From an uncultured Armatimonadetes bacterium (GTDB lineage: Bacteria; Armatimonadota; Hebobacteria; Hebobacterales; Hebobacteraceae): a DNA stretch of 64,000 nucleotides. A model generated the notes under the pieces. That model worked only from the letters and a program-made list of their open reading frames with translations, searched no databases and was not told the origin of the DNA. The translations under genes and the position numbers were made by a program. The stretch covers positions 416,001 through 480,000 of the forward strand of contig OY970296.1 of assembly GCA_963716175.1 (NCBI GenBank), given 5' to 3'. This document shows, one piece after another, positions 17,617 to 26,460 of this stretch. Every line of letters begins with the position of its first letter. Position 1 is the stretch's first letter.

Positions 17617-17677
17617 CCCTGGGGGCCACCTAAGGGGGCGTGAGGCACGCTTCTGCAGTACTCACCCAATCCCGCCC

Positions 17678-17755
17678 TGGCGCGCCTGGAGGGACTCGAA
17701 CCCCCGACACCCAGATCCGAAGTCTGGCGCTCTGATCCAACTGAGCTACAGGCGC
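17678..17755 (-). tRNA. tRNA-Arg, anticodon UCG
   Basis: Acceptor stem GCGCCTG/CAGGCGC + G-CCA; D arm GCTC..GAGC; anticodon arm CCAGA-CT-TCG-GA-TCTGG; T loop GTTCGAGTC. Confidence 0.95.
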
Positions 17756-17827
17756 GCGGCAAGAGTCTACCATACCTCGGGAGTTACAAACAAGGTGGAG
17801 ACGAGCGAGGCGGCCTGTGAGGCCTCG

Positions 17828-18298
17828 CTACTGCTTCGGTTCGATGGGAATCAGCAGGTCAAGCTCTGAGTCCGGGTTGTCCATGCCTTTGAAGCGAGCA
17901 TCGTAGAGCTGAAGCGAAAAGCTGCGGGCGATCTTGTAGGGCCCCGCGTCCAACCATGCGTTGATCCCGCGGTTCAGCGCATCGTAACCATGGTTGGGTT
18001 CACCCAGCCCGGGCCGTTGAGGGAACACCGCATAGAGGCCGGGAGGAAGCGGTTTCACGAACATGTCGTCCGGAACTCCCTCAATCTCGGTGACCTCGAC
18101 ACCCACCATGATGAAATAGGGCGTTCCTTCCGTGTGGCCCTTGGGGTAAACATGCAGCTCCCACCCAGCGCCAGGGATCCTGTGTTTGACCAGGTTCTCG
18201 CTCGGCGCGAACCTGTCCCACAAGACCCCGATGTCACCGCCGAATGAGACCATGCCGACCAGGAGTATCTCGCCCTTCTCGACGAGCTTTGGGTCCAT
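17828..18298 (-). CDS. GyrI-like small-molecule (effector) binding domain protein
   Basis: MDPKLVEK..LLVG, IGVLWDRF, LPPGLYAVF, YDARF..ELDLLIPI. Confidence 0.82.
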   Translation of the reverse strand: MDPKLVEKGEILLVGMVSFGGDIGVLWDRFAPSENLVKHRIPGAGWELHVYPKGHTEGTPYFIMVGVEVTEIEGVPDDMFVKPLPPGLYAVFPQRPGLGEPNHGYDALNRGINAWLDAGPYKIARSFSLQLYDARFKGMDNPDSELDLLIPIEPKQ

Positions 18299-18341
18299 CG
18301 CACCAGTCCTCCTCGCAGCAAGCACCCGCCGTCCTCCAGAT

Positions 18342-18456
18342 GTCATCCTGAGCGCCAGCGAAGGATCCATTCGAGGGAGAGGCGCCCGCTAGGGCGACCC
18401 GCCATCGCCCGGAGGACCGGGCTCCCACGCGACGCGAATGACAGGGTGCGACCTAC
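18342..18456. repeat. Cluster of REP-like palindromes
   Basis: gtcatcctgagcgccagcgaaggatc; tagggcgacccgccatcgccc; gggtgcgacctac in the intergenic region. Confidence 0.55.
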
Positions 18457-19850
18457 GCCCCCCTCACCACCTCGATCCCGTTGAACTCGCAGAAGCTCTC
18501 CAGGGCGTCGGCGGCGGCCGGGTCGTGAATGAGCACACCGTGGTGGATGATGCCGTGCTCCACCATTTTCTGCTCCCAGTCCATCACGTCGTTGCACTTC
18601 ACCCAACCGTAGGAGCCGCGGACATCGGGCTTCGTGTCCACCACTTCCCCGCTGCCGATGAACATGGTGAACCAGCCATCGTATTCCACCAGCCGGCAGC
18701 AGGTGACGGGACCGGCCTTGAGCTTGAACTCGCGCGTGCCCCAGGAGGGCCGCAGCTGGAGGATGCTGTGCTGCATGATGCAGGGCCGGCAGCCCTCAGC
18801 GCAGATGCTGGGAGGCGCGTTGCCGCAGTGCCAGGCCAGCCACACGTTCTTCTTGGTCGGGTGCAGCTCAGTCCAGTCAATAAAATGGGGCGCGGTCTGC
18901 CCGAGGCCGGCGGCATAGGCCGCGACCATGCTGGCCGCGCCGTAGACATCCACCTCGCAGGCGCAGAGGATGCCCTGGTCGGTGAGCCGGCCCAGCACCG
19001 AGCAGACACAGATGCCATAGCGCTTCTGCACCTGCTCCCAGCAGTTCACCGCCAGCGCGTTCAGCTCTTTCTCTCGCGCCAGGCGGCGGAGGGCCACCTC
19101 CATGCGGGCGAGAGTGCTCACATACTCCTTCGCCTCCGGCGGGACATCCGCGGTCTGAGCGATCTCCCTGGCCGCCCTTCTCACCTCGGCCTCCTGGGCC
19201 TTGACTGAATCCAGCCGGGCGAAGATGTCGCCCAGGTCAATGGGTACTACGGTCTGGTTGAAATCACGCTGGAGAGAGGCCTCGTCCCACCATACTGACT
19301 CGAACTCCTCCGGCCGGGCGCCGAGCTGCCCGATACGAGCGCCGCGGAAGGCCTGAGTGGCGGCGCAGGCGCGCACGAACCGCGCTACCGCCTCTCCGAA
19401 CACCGGCTCCTCCGGGAAGCAAGTGGGGATGTGCTCGAACAGGATCTCGCGGCGGCGCAGGGCGGAAGTGATCATGAACTGCCCGCACCAGGAGTCGGAG
19501 GGACGAGTGCCATCCTCGGCTACCATGCCCTTGGTGGCGAAGTGCAGCACCGGGGTTCCCTTCGGCAGGCCGGCAATCGTGACTCCGACCGCGGAGGTCT
19601 CGTGGCCAAAGGTCATGCCGCCCACGATCACGCCCGCGATCTCATTATCCTGGAACAGCTTCAGGGTCTTCCGCGCCTCCGAGAGGTTGCGCACCAGGCC
19701 CTTGCCGGTCAGCTTCTCATCCGGCACCACCACCTGGAGGCCGGGGGTTGTCCTCATCACCCTGAGGCACCGCGCCCGCATCTCCGCAGCCCACTTCTCG
19801 CCAAACGGCACGCGGTGAGACGGTAGAAAGCCGATCTTCACTTTTCGCAT
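18453..19850 (-). CDS. L-fucose/L-arabinose isomerase family protein
   Basis: TFGHE, DSWCG, IGQLGARP, AVNCW, ACEVD, WHCG, HH motifs. Confidence 0.85.
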   Translation of the reverse strand: MRKVKIGFLPSHRVPFGEKWAAEMRARCLRVMRTTPGLQVVVPDEKLTGKGLVRNLSEARKTLKLFQDNEIAGVIVGGMTFGHETSAVGVTIAGLPKGTPVLHFATKGMVAEDGTRPSDSWCGQFMITSALRRREILFEHIPTCFPEEPVFGEAVARFVRACAATQAFRGARIGQLGARPEEFESVWWDEASLQRDFNQTVVPIDLGDIFARLDSVKAQEAEVRRAAREIAQTADVPPEAKEYVSTLARMEVALRRLAREKELNALAVNCWEQVQKRYGICVCSVLGRLTDQGILCACEVDVYGAASMVAAYAAGLGQTAPHFIDWTELHPTKKNVWLAWHCGNAPPSICAEGCRPCIMQHSILQLRPSWGTREFKLKAGPVTCCRLVEYDGWFTMFIGSGEVVDTKPDVRGSYGWVKCNDVMDWEQKMVEHGIIHHGVLIHDPAAADALESFCEFNGIEVVRGA

Positions 19851-19880
19851 GGAGTTCCTCCTGAGTCCTAGTTTGCTCTT

Positions 19881-19910
19881 GGGGCGGCGCAGGTTGGGAA
19901 CCTGCCCTAC
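19881..19910. repeat. GTAG-type REP palindrome
   Basis: gcaggttgggaacctgccCTAC between araB and the isomerase gene. Confidence 0.55.
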
Positions 19911-19915
19911 GGACC

Positions 19916-21580
19916 TCAGGCCCGCGAGCCGCGCTGGCGGGCCTTGATCCCCCGCAGCCGCTTCATCACGTCATTGCCCCCGCGCCCGAAATGATCGTGG
20001 AGCTGCAGGTACTCCCGGAACAGCTCCCCGTAGAGCTCGTGGTTCTTCGCATCAGGCCGATAGACGATATCGCGCACCCCGGCCATATGCTGAATCGCCT
20101 GATAGATGCTGTCGTGCCCGCCGCCGGCCTGCCGCGCCGCCACCGCCCCAAACATGGCCGCGCCCAGGGCCGAGGTCTGAGCGGAGCGCGCGAGCTTGAT
20201 CGAGCGTCCGGTGACATCGGCGAAGATCTGCATCAGCAAGGTGTTCTTCTCCGGCATGCCTCCACAGGCATAGAGCTCATCCACGGGGATGCCGTACTGC
20301 TCGAAGTTCTCGATGATCACCCGGGTCCCGAAGGCGATGGACTCGATCAGCGCCCGGTAGATCTCAGGCGGAGTGGTGTCCAGGGTGGCCCCCAACAGCA
20401 GGCCCGAGAGGTGAGTATCAACCAGCACCGAGCGGTTGCCGTTCCACCAATCCAGCGCCACCAGCCCGGACTCTCCAGGCCTGAGCTCTCGCGCCCGCGC
20501 CTCCAGCTCCTCGTGGGGATCGCGGCCTCCCAGATCCATCGGCGCCCAGTTGCGCACGAACCAGGCCAGGATGTCGCCGGCCCCGGACTGCCCGGCCTCG
20601 TAGCCGAAGCGCCCGGGCAGAATGCCATCCTCCACCACCCCGCACATCCCCGCCACCGGCTTCTGCTCCCGGCCCAGCAGCATGTGGCAGATGGAGGTGC
20701 CCATGATCATCAGCATCTTGCCCGCCTCACTGATCGCGGCCGCCGGCACCGCCACATGAGCGTCCACCTGGCCCACCGCCACTGGCGTGCCGACACGCAG
20801 GCCGGTCAGCTCGGCCATTTCCGGCGTGAGGCCGCCGGCACGCTCCTCCTGAGGAGAGACAGTGCGCAGCATCTTCTGGTCAATCACATGCTCCAGCCGC
20901 GGGTCGAGCGCGGCCAGAAACTGATCGCTGACGAAGCCCGTGCGCCTGTCGTAGATCGCCTTATAGCCTGCGGTGCACAGGTTCCGGGTCTCCCGGCCGG
21001 CGAGCTGCCAGACGATCCAGTCTGCGCCCTCGATCAGGCGGTCGGCCGCCGCGTACACCTCCGGGGCCTCGTCCAGAATCTGCCAGACCTTGGAGAAGAA
21101 CCACTCCGAGGAATACTTGCTGCCATAGCGCTGGAGCCAGGACTCGCCCCGCGCTTGGGCGATGGCGTTGATCTTGTCGGCTTCAGGCTGGGCCGCGTGG
21201 TGCTTCCAGAGCTTCACCCAGGCGTGGGGGCTGCTGCGCCACTCCGGCTTCAGGCAGAGCGGCGTGCCCTGAGCATCGGTGGGAAGCATGGTGCAGGAGG
21301 TGAAGTCAGTGCCGATGCCTACCACCTCCTGGGCCGAGACGCCGGAGGACTTCAGCACCGCCGGGATGGTCTGACGCAGGGCCTCGAGGTAATCGCGGGG
21401 GTTCTGCAGCGCCCAATCGGGTGGCAGGGGAGCGCCGCCGGGGAGGCTGCGGTCTATCACGCCATCGGCATAGGAATAGACCGCGGTCCCCACCTCCTCC
21501 CCCGTCTGCACATCAACCAGCAGCGCGCGCCCACTCTCGGTGCCGAAGTCCAGACCCAGGGAGTACTTGCGGCGAGACAT
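19916..21580 (-). CDS. araB: Ribulokinase (FGGY family)
   Basis: GLDFGTESGR, DFTSCT, VKLWKHHAAQ, SSEW, DAH, MGTSICH, DWWNGNRS, FGRGGNDVMKRL. Confidence 0.92.
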   Translation of the reverse strand: MSRRKYSLGLDFGTESGRALLVDVQTGEEVGTAVYSYADGVIDRSLPGGAPLPPDWALQNPRDYLEALRQTIPAVLKSSGVSAQEVVGIGTDFTSCTMLPTDAQGTPLCLKPEWRSSPHAWVKLWKHHAAQPEADKINAIAQARGESWLQRYGSKYSSEWFFSKVWQILDEAPEVYAAADRLIEGADWIVWQLAGRETRNLCTAGYKAIYDRRTGFVSDQFLAALDPRLEHVIDQKMLRTVSPQEERAGGLTPEMAELTGLRVGTPVAVGQVDAHVAVPAAAISEAGKMLMIMGTSICHMLLGREQKPVAGMCGVVEDGILPGRFGYEAGQSGAGDILAWFVRNWAPMDLGGRDPHEELEARARELRPGESGLVALDWWNGNRSVLVDTHLSGLLLGATLDTTPPEIYRALIESIAFGTRVIIENFEQYGIPVDELYACGGMPEKNTLLMQIFADVTGRSIKLARSAQTSALGAAMFGAVAARQAGGGHDSIYQAIQHMAGVRDIVYRPDAKNHELYGELFREYLQLHDHFGRGGNDVMKRLRGIKARQRGSRA

Positions 21581-21610
21581 ACCCCTCCTCTGCGGCGGCC
21601 GCGCCAGCCT

Positions 21611-22636
21611 TCAGAAGGTGACAGCTACGCGAATCGCCCCGTCCCCTCTTCGCTCTGCCAGCGCAAACGCCTCTCGCGCCCGCTCCGGCGGGAAGCGATG
21701 GGTGAGCAGGGGGCCCAGTGAGATGCGGCCCTCCCCCACCAGGGAGATCGCCTCCGGGAAGTTGCCGTTCTGGCGGCGCACGAAGCGCAAAGTCAACTCG
21801 TGCCGCCGGAGCGGGGGAGCGGAGAGCACGTACTCCTCCGCTGAGGGCACTCCGATCACGATCACCTGTCCTGCCGGCCTCGCCATGCCGATGCACTCCT
21901 GCAGCGCTTCTCCCGGCCCGGCGGCCTCGAAGGCAATATCCACTCCCCGCCCCTGAGTGGCCCGCAGCACCCGGTCAACCAGATCCCCGCCGCCGGCCGG
22001 GAACACTGCGTCCGCGCCCAGGCTCTGGGCGACCGCGAGGCGCTCCGGGATGAGGTCGGCGGCGAAGATCGTTTCTGCGCCTCGCAGCCGTGCCATCTGG
22101 AGGGTCAGCAGGCCAATCGCCCCACAGCCCACCACCGCCGCCACCGCCCCGGGCAGGCCGGCGCTCAGCTCTGTGGCATGCACCGCTACGGTCAGGGGCT
22201 CGATCAACGGGGCCTCGGTGAGGTCAAGTCTCTCCGGCAGGGGGAAGACCTGGGTCGCGGGCCACGCGAAAAGCTCCTGCATCGCCCCGTGCACAGGCGG
22301 GAGGTCCAGGAACCGGACATGCCGACATAAGTGGTAGTTGCCCATCGCGCACATATCGCAGGCCTGGCACGGGGCCGAAGGGTCTACCGTCACCGGCGCT
22401 CCTGGCCGGAAGGCGGAACCATTGGGGTCCTCCACGGTGGCGGCCACCTCGTGTCCGGGCACGAAGGGGCCATCCCACTTCACGCCGCCGATGCTTCCCT
22501 CAGCCCAGGCGTGGAGATCGGAGCCGCAGACGGTCACCGCGCGGGTGCGCAGCAGCACTTCGCCAGGCCCTGGCCTGGGCTCGGGCAGCTCGCCGAGGCG
22601 CAGATCACGGATTCCGTGTTGAAGGACAGCGCGCAT
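21611..22636 (-). CDS. Zn-dependent polyol/sugar-alcohol dehydrogenase (MDR family)
   Basis: CGSDLH, GHE, CQACDMC..C, GCGAIG motifs. Confidence 0.9.
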   Translation of the reverse strand: MRAVLQHGIRDLRLGELPEPRPGPGEVLLRTRAVTVCGSDLHAWAEGSIGGVKWDGPFVPGHEVAATVEDPNGSAFRPGAPVTVDPSAPCQACDMCAMGNYHLCRHVRFLDLPPVHGAMQELFAWPATQVFPLPERLDLTEAPLIEPLTVAVHATELSAGLPGAVAAVVGCGAIGLLTLQMARLRGAETIFAADLIPERLAVAQSLGADAVFPAGGGDLVDRVLRATQGRGVDIAFEAAGPGEALQECIGMARPAGQVIVIGVPSAEEYVLSAPPLRRHELTLRFVRRQNGNFPEAISLVGEGRISLGPLLTHRFPPERAREAFALAERRGDGAIRVAVTF

Positions 22637-22680
22637 GGGTCCTGGCTACCTCGCTTCCAGGGCGCCGCCAGAGGCGGAGC

Positions 22681-22848
22681 CTAATCCTCGGCCATCTCCT
22701 CGAATAGCTCTTTGGGTACGCCGCACACAGGGCACACCCAGTCGTCGGGGACCTCCTCCCAGGGGGTGCCGGCAGGCACGCCGTTGTCCGGGTCTCCGAC
22801 CAAGGGATCATAGATATAGGGGCAGGCAGTGCATCGCCACTTGGACAT
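22681..22848 (-). CDS. Rubredoxin (55 aa, below ORF-track cutoff)
   Basis: Manual translation [55 protein letters not shown]; GAGGTG RBS. Confidence 0.95.
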   Translation of the reverse strand: MSKWRCTACPYIYDPLVGDPDNGVPAGTPWEEVPDDWVCPVCGVPKELFEEMAED

Positions 22849-22882
22849 CGTTGTCACCTCAGCAGCTACACCTGGTGCTCAG

Positions 22883-22911
22883 AAGCTATCAGGGGCGAAG
22901 GGCGCTGTCAA
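22883..22911 (-). promoter_or_regulatory. Sigma70-type promoter of rubredoxin
   Basis: TTGACA-N17-TAGCTT on the minus strand. Confidence 0.6.
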
Positions 22912-23011
22912 GGAGGACCAGCAGCCGCCCTGACCGCGACTCTACATGAAGCTCAGGCCTGTATAGTGCGGCCATGGCATAGCGCGCATGCCCGCCAGAT
23001 GCCCAGGCTTC

Positions 23012-23128
23012 CCAAAGGTGAGGCGGCAGACCGGGGGAGTCTGCCGCCTCGTGGTGGGGTGGGGTTTGGGGTGGGGTTAGCCTGTTACCTATGTGGACTC
23101 GTCGCCGCGAGCCTTTTTCCTAATCCGA
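23012..23128 (-). ncRNA. Candidate C-rich small RNA (~115 nt)
   Basis: Lies between a consensus promoter and a 12-bp GC hairpin; no ORF; repeated CCCCAC motifs. Confidence 0.5.
23020..23050 (-). terminator. Putative intrinsic terminator hairpin
   Basis: GAGGCGGCAGAC-7nt loop-GTCTGCCGCCTC followed by ACCTTT on the minus strand (short U tail). Confidence 0.55.
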
Positions 23129-23134
23129 CAGAGG

Positions 23135-23163
23135 AGTATAACGGGACCCAGGGCGGCTGTCAA
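23135..23163 (-). promoter_or_regulatory. Consensus sigma70 promoter driving the candidate sRNA
   Basis: TTGACA-N17-TATACT on the minus strand. Confidence 0.75.
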
Positions 23164-23230
23164 GGGGAGGGCGGAGATTATTCCAGGAAGCCCCCTGGAG
23201 GCGAGTTGGACGACGCCTGGCCCGCGGCGC

Positions 23231-23259
23231 TTGTCAGCGCGCGGCGTCTACGCTATACT
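23231..23259 (+). promoter_or_regulatory. Sigma70-type promoter
   Basis: TTGTCA-N17-TATACT upstream of ATG 23312. Confidence 0.6.
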
Positions 23260-23311
23260 TCATCATGGAGAGTTTCGCCAGCCACCGGGCTGCTGCAAGG
23301 AGGCGGGCCGC

Positions 23312-24475
23312 ATGGGCGGTCGCAGGCCACTAGCCAAAGCGGGTGGGGGGCCGGACAAGAAGGCCCGGCCGGCCTGGCTGGGCCTGTTGGAGCAGGTCAT
23401 CGTCCTCGCCGCAGTTGCAGCAGTCCTCAGCCTCACCTACCTGCTTTTCATCCTCATGTCCAACGGGTTGGCCGCGCCGATCATCGCGGGCTCTGCGCTG
23501 GAAGCGGTGGAGCGCAATGTCAGCATCGCGCGGCAGGCTTTCCTGTGGGGGCTGTGGGTGTTCGTGATCGCGGCTGGCATCCGGCATTACCGCACAGAGA
23601 GCATCGGCTACGCCACCGTCCTGATCGGAGCCGCTTGCTGGCTGTTGTTGCCCGCATTGGTGAGAAGCCATGTTCCCGGCACCAGCGCGCAGGACCTGCT
23701 GAACCTCGCCTATGGCATGGTGGAGAGCTTCCAGAGCTCCGGCGCGGCGATGATGGTGCTGGGCTTCCTTCGCGTGGTGATCGGGCGGGTGATCACCATC
23801 TCCAGCGCACCGCGGGGAGGGGCCGTTATCCGGGCGCCAGGGTTCGCCTCCGCCATCGCTCAGCTATCCGAGGAGCCAGCCGGCGGGCGGCCCTCGTTGC
23901 TGCGCAAGTGCTGGGAACTGCACTTCTGCCGCGGCAGCCTGCGGGTCAACTGCCCCCGCTATCTCGAGCAGAGGGCCTGCTGGAAGGCGCGCTCCGGCTG
24001 CTACTGCGATCAGGGGCTGGCCACCCGGCTGCTGAACACCGTCGGCACCAGGGCCAAGGTCCAGGTGGCGGAAGAGATGCAGGCGGTACAGAGCCGCGCC
24101 CGGCAGGCTGAGAGGCGGGCAGCGCCCGGTCGGCTGCCGCCGAAGGCGAAGAGGCGAAGGCCGCCCTGTGGAGAGTGCCCCATCTACCTCGATCATCAGA
24201 AGTTCAAGTACCGCGTGCTGTCGTGGCTGGCCTATCCGGCCGCGGCCGCCGTCATCGGCCTGGTGATGACACCACTGCGGGACGGATACGAGTGGCTGGA
24301 CAGCTACGTCGGCAAGAGCCTCTCCTCCACCATGCCGTCAATCCCCTACGCCCGGCCCTTCCAGGAGGCACAGTGGATCTCCGCGGAGAACGCGATCATC
24401 CTCATGGTCGGGGTGCTGGTGGCGGCCACCATCCTGCAGTTGACGGAGGTGGCGGTCTTTCGCCTGAAGCTATAG
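23312..24475 (+). CDS. Membrane protein with internal Cys-rich (two-CW-like) domain
   Basis: 4 N-terminal and 2 C-terminal hydrophobic helices; CWELHFC..CP..CW..GCYC...CGECPIY; AGGAGG RBS. Confidence 0.75.
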   Translation: MGGRRPLAKAGGGPDKKARPAWLGLLEQVIVLAAVAAVLSLTYLLFILMSNGLAAPIIAGSALEAVERNVSIARQAFLWGLWVFVIAAGIRHYRTESIGYATVLIGAACWLLLPALVRSHVPGTSAQDLLNLAYGMVESFQSSGAAMMVLGFLRVVIGRVITISSAPRGGAVIRAPGFASAIAQLSEEPAGGRPSLLRKCWELHFCRGSLRVNCPRYLEQRACWKARSGCYCDQGLATRLLNTVGTRAKVQVAEEMQAVQSRARQAERRAAPGRLPPKAKRRRPPCGECPIYLDHQKFKYRVLSWLAYPAAAAVIGLVMTPLRDGYEWLDSYVGKSLSSTMPSIPYARPFQEAQWISAENAIILMVGVLVAATILQLTEVAVFRLKL

Positions 24476-24593
24476 GCCGAGCCTGGGCCTGAGCGATAGC
24501 TTGGCGCGCGGCGTCCGCCGCAGGCGGACGCCGCGTTCTGCGGGCGAGCCGGCCGCGGACCGCTCAGTTTCACGAGGGAAGGAGCTTGCGACT

Positions 24594-25733
24594 GTGGCCT
24601 ACGAGTTCAGATTGCCGGGAGTGACCCATTTTGGGTGGGGCGCGGTCGAGTGTGTGGGGCAGGAAGCGGCGCGGCTGGGGCGGCGTGCCATGCTGGTGAC
24701 CGGCCGCTCTGCCATGAAGCGCACCGGGGCGACCGATCGTGTGCTGCGGTTGCTGGCCGCCGCCGGAGTCACCGCTTCGGTCTACGACCAGATCGAGTCT
24801 GACCCCAGGGCGACCACCGTAGACCGGGCAGCCGGGATCGCACGGAGCGAATCCTGTGATCTGGTGATCGGGCTGGGAGGGGGCAGCCCGATGGACGCCG
24901 CCCGCGCCATCGCCGCCATGGCCCGCCTGCCGGGCTCGATCTACGACTACCTGGATGGCAAGGCCGTGGATCGGCCGGGGCTGCCTCTGATCAACATCGC
25001 CACCACCGCTGGCACCGCCAGCGAGATCACCGCGGTCACGGTGATCCTGGACGAGCGCCGACGGCTGAAGATGGGCCTCAAGAGCCCCTTCTGGTTCGCC
25101 CAGGCGGCCATCACCGACCCCGAGCTGACCATGACCATGCCGCCCGCGCTCACCGCCGCCACCGGACTCGATGCCCTTACCCATGCCATCGAGTCCTACC
25201 TCTCCACCCAGGCCACCCCGCCCAGCGAAGGACTGGCGCTACGAGCCATCGAGCTGGTTGGTGGCCATCTCCGCCAGGCCTTCGGGGATGGCAGCGATCG
25301 CGCGGCGCGAGAAGGCATGGCGCTGGCGAGCATGAGCGCCGGGATGGCTTTTGCCAACTCGGGCCTGGGCCTGGTGCATGGCCTGGTGCATCCCATCGGC
25401 GCCCGCTTTGGGGTGGCGCACGGGGAGGGCTGTGGGCGGTTGCTGCCTCACGTCATGCGCTTCAACCAGCCCAGGGTGCCCCAGAAGCTGGCGCGCGTCG
25501 GGCAGGCCCTGAGCGGCCGTCCTCTGGCCACCGCGGATGACGCGGTCACGGGCGTGGAGTCGCTGCTGCAAGACCTGCAGGTGCCCAGCGGGATCGGCGA
25601 CCTCCCCATCCCGCCAGAGGAGCTGCCAGCGCTGGCGAAAGACGGCCTGCTGGCCGGCGCGGTGAAGACGAACCCGCGCCCGGCGACCGCGGAAGAAGCG
25701 CTGGCCCTGCTGCAAGGGGCAAGCAAGCGGTAG
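24594..25733 (+). CDS. Iron-containing alcohol dehydrogenase
   Basis: GLGGGSPMDAAR, TTAGTASE, DALTHAIE, GLVHG..H, HG motifs; start set at GTG 24594. Confidence 0.92.
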   Translation: MAYEFRLPGVTHFGWGAVECVGQEAARLGRRAMLVTGRSAMKRTGATDRVLRLLAAAGVTASVYDQIESDPRATTVDRAAGIARSESCDLVIGLGGGSPMDAARAIAAMARLPGSIYDYLDGKAVDRPGLPLINIATTAGTASEITAVTVILDERRRLKMGLKSPFWFAQAAITDPELTMTMPPALTAATGLDALTHAIESYLSTQATPPSEGLALRAIELVGGHLRQAFGDGSDRAAREGMALASMSAGMAFANSGLGLVHGLVHPIGARFGVAHGEGCGRLLPHVMRFNQPRVPQKLARVGQALSGRPLATADDAVTGVESLLQDLQVPSGIGDLPIPPEELPALAKDGLLAGAVKTNPRPATAEEALALLQGASKR

Positions 25734-25746
25734 TCCTGCCGGCCGG

Positions 25747-26145
25747 TTAGCCCTGGCGCCGGCCAGCCAGGCGTGCCAGCAGCTGCTGGGCGCGGGTGTG
25801 GTCTGGCTCGATCTCGAGCGCCTGCCGCAGCGCCGCCACCGCCGCCTCAATCCGCCCGGCTCTGGCATGCAGGAGCCCGATCTCGTAGTGCGCATCGGCG
25901 AAATCCGGCTGCAGCTCGGCTACCCTGGCGAATTCCTGAAGCGCCAGCTCCTCCATGCCCCCCAGCTTGTAGGCGAGGGCCAGGTTATGGCGGGCGGAGG
26001 CATCGCTGGGGTTGGTATCAACCGACCGCCTGGCATCCTGGATCATGCGGTCGAGGGCCTGCGAGCGCAGCGAGGCCCCGCAGTGGGCGCAGAAGTTGGC
26101 CCCCTCCTCCACCTTGTAGCCGCAGCTTGGGCATTCCGCCACCAT
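25747..26145 (-). CDS. Zn-ribbon + TPR protein
   Basis: CPSC..FCAHC; TPR repeats (ARHNLALAY, AHYEIG..ALEIEP). Confidence 0.85.
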   Translation of the reverse strand: MVAECPSCGYKVEEGANFCAHCGASLRSQALDRMIQDARRSVDTNPSDASARHNLALAYKLGGMEELALQEFARVAELQPDFADAHYEIGLLHARAGRIEAAVAALRQALEIEPDHTRAQQLLARLAGRRQG

Positions 26146-26216
26146 GCACTCTCCCCACGCCTGCGCCGCTCGCGCGGTTTCAGTATAGCCGATGTGCGGC
26201 CTCAATGCCAGGCGCG

Positions 26217-26245
26217 TTGACGCCGGCCGATGAGCGTGTTATCAT
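26217..26245 (+). promoter_or_regulatory. tRNA-Pro promoter
   Basis: TTGACG-N17-TATCAT with TG extended -10. Confidence 0.6.
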
Positions 26246-26255
26246 ACCGCGCAGC

Positions 26256-26330
26256 CGGGGCGTAGCTCAGTTTGGCTAGAGTGCGCGGTTCGGGACCGCG
26301 AGGTCGGCAGTTCGAATCTGCCCGCCCCGA
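26256..26330 (+). tRNA. tRNA-Pro, anticodon CGG (CCA not encoded)
   Basis: Acceptor stem CGGGGCG/CGCCCCG + A; anticodon arm CGCGG-TT-CGG-GA-CCGCG; GTTCGAATC. Confidence 0.95.
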
Positions 26331-26460
26331 CGGACATAGACTCGGCAAAGACGCGCCGAAAGAGGGCTCAGGCGCCTCACTGCCTTCTCCGCGGTCTTCC
26401 CTGCGGCGACAGCCTCGGAGCAGCAGCGCAAAGCGCCGCGCCATCAAGCGGGGAAGAAGC

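Noticed and set aside
17620-17830. tRNA-Arg (and tRNA-Pro at 26256) as island integration sites
   Set aside because: No integrase and no duplicated tRNA 3' end seen in the window
19991-21721. 576-aa + strand ORF
   Set aside because: Antisense to ribulokinase; no recognisable domain
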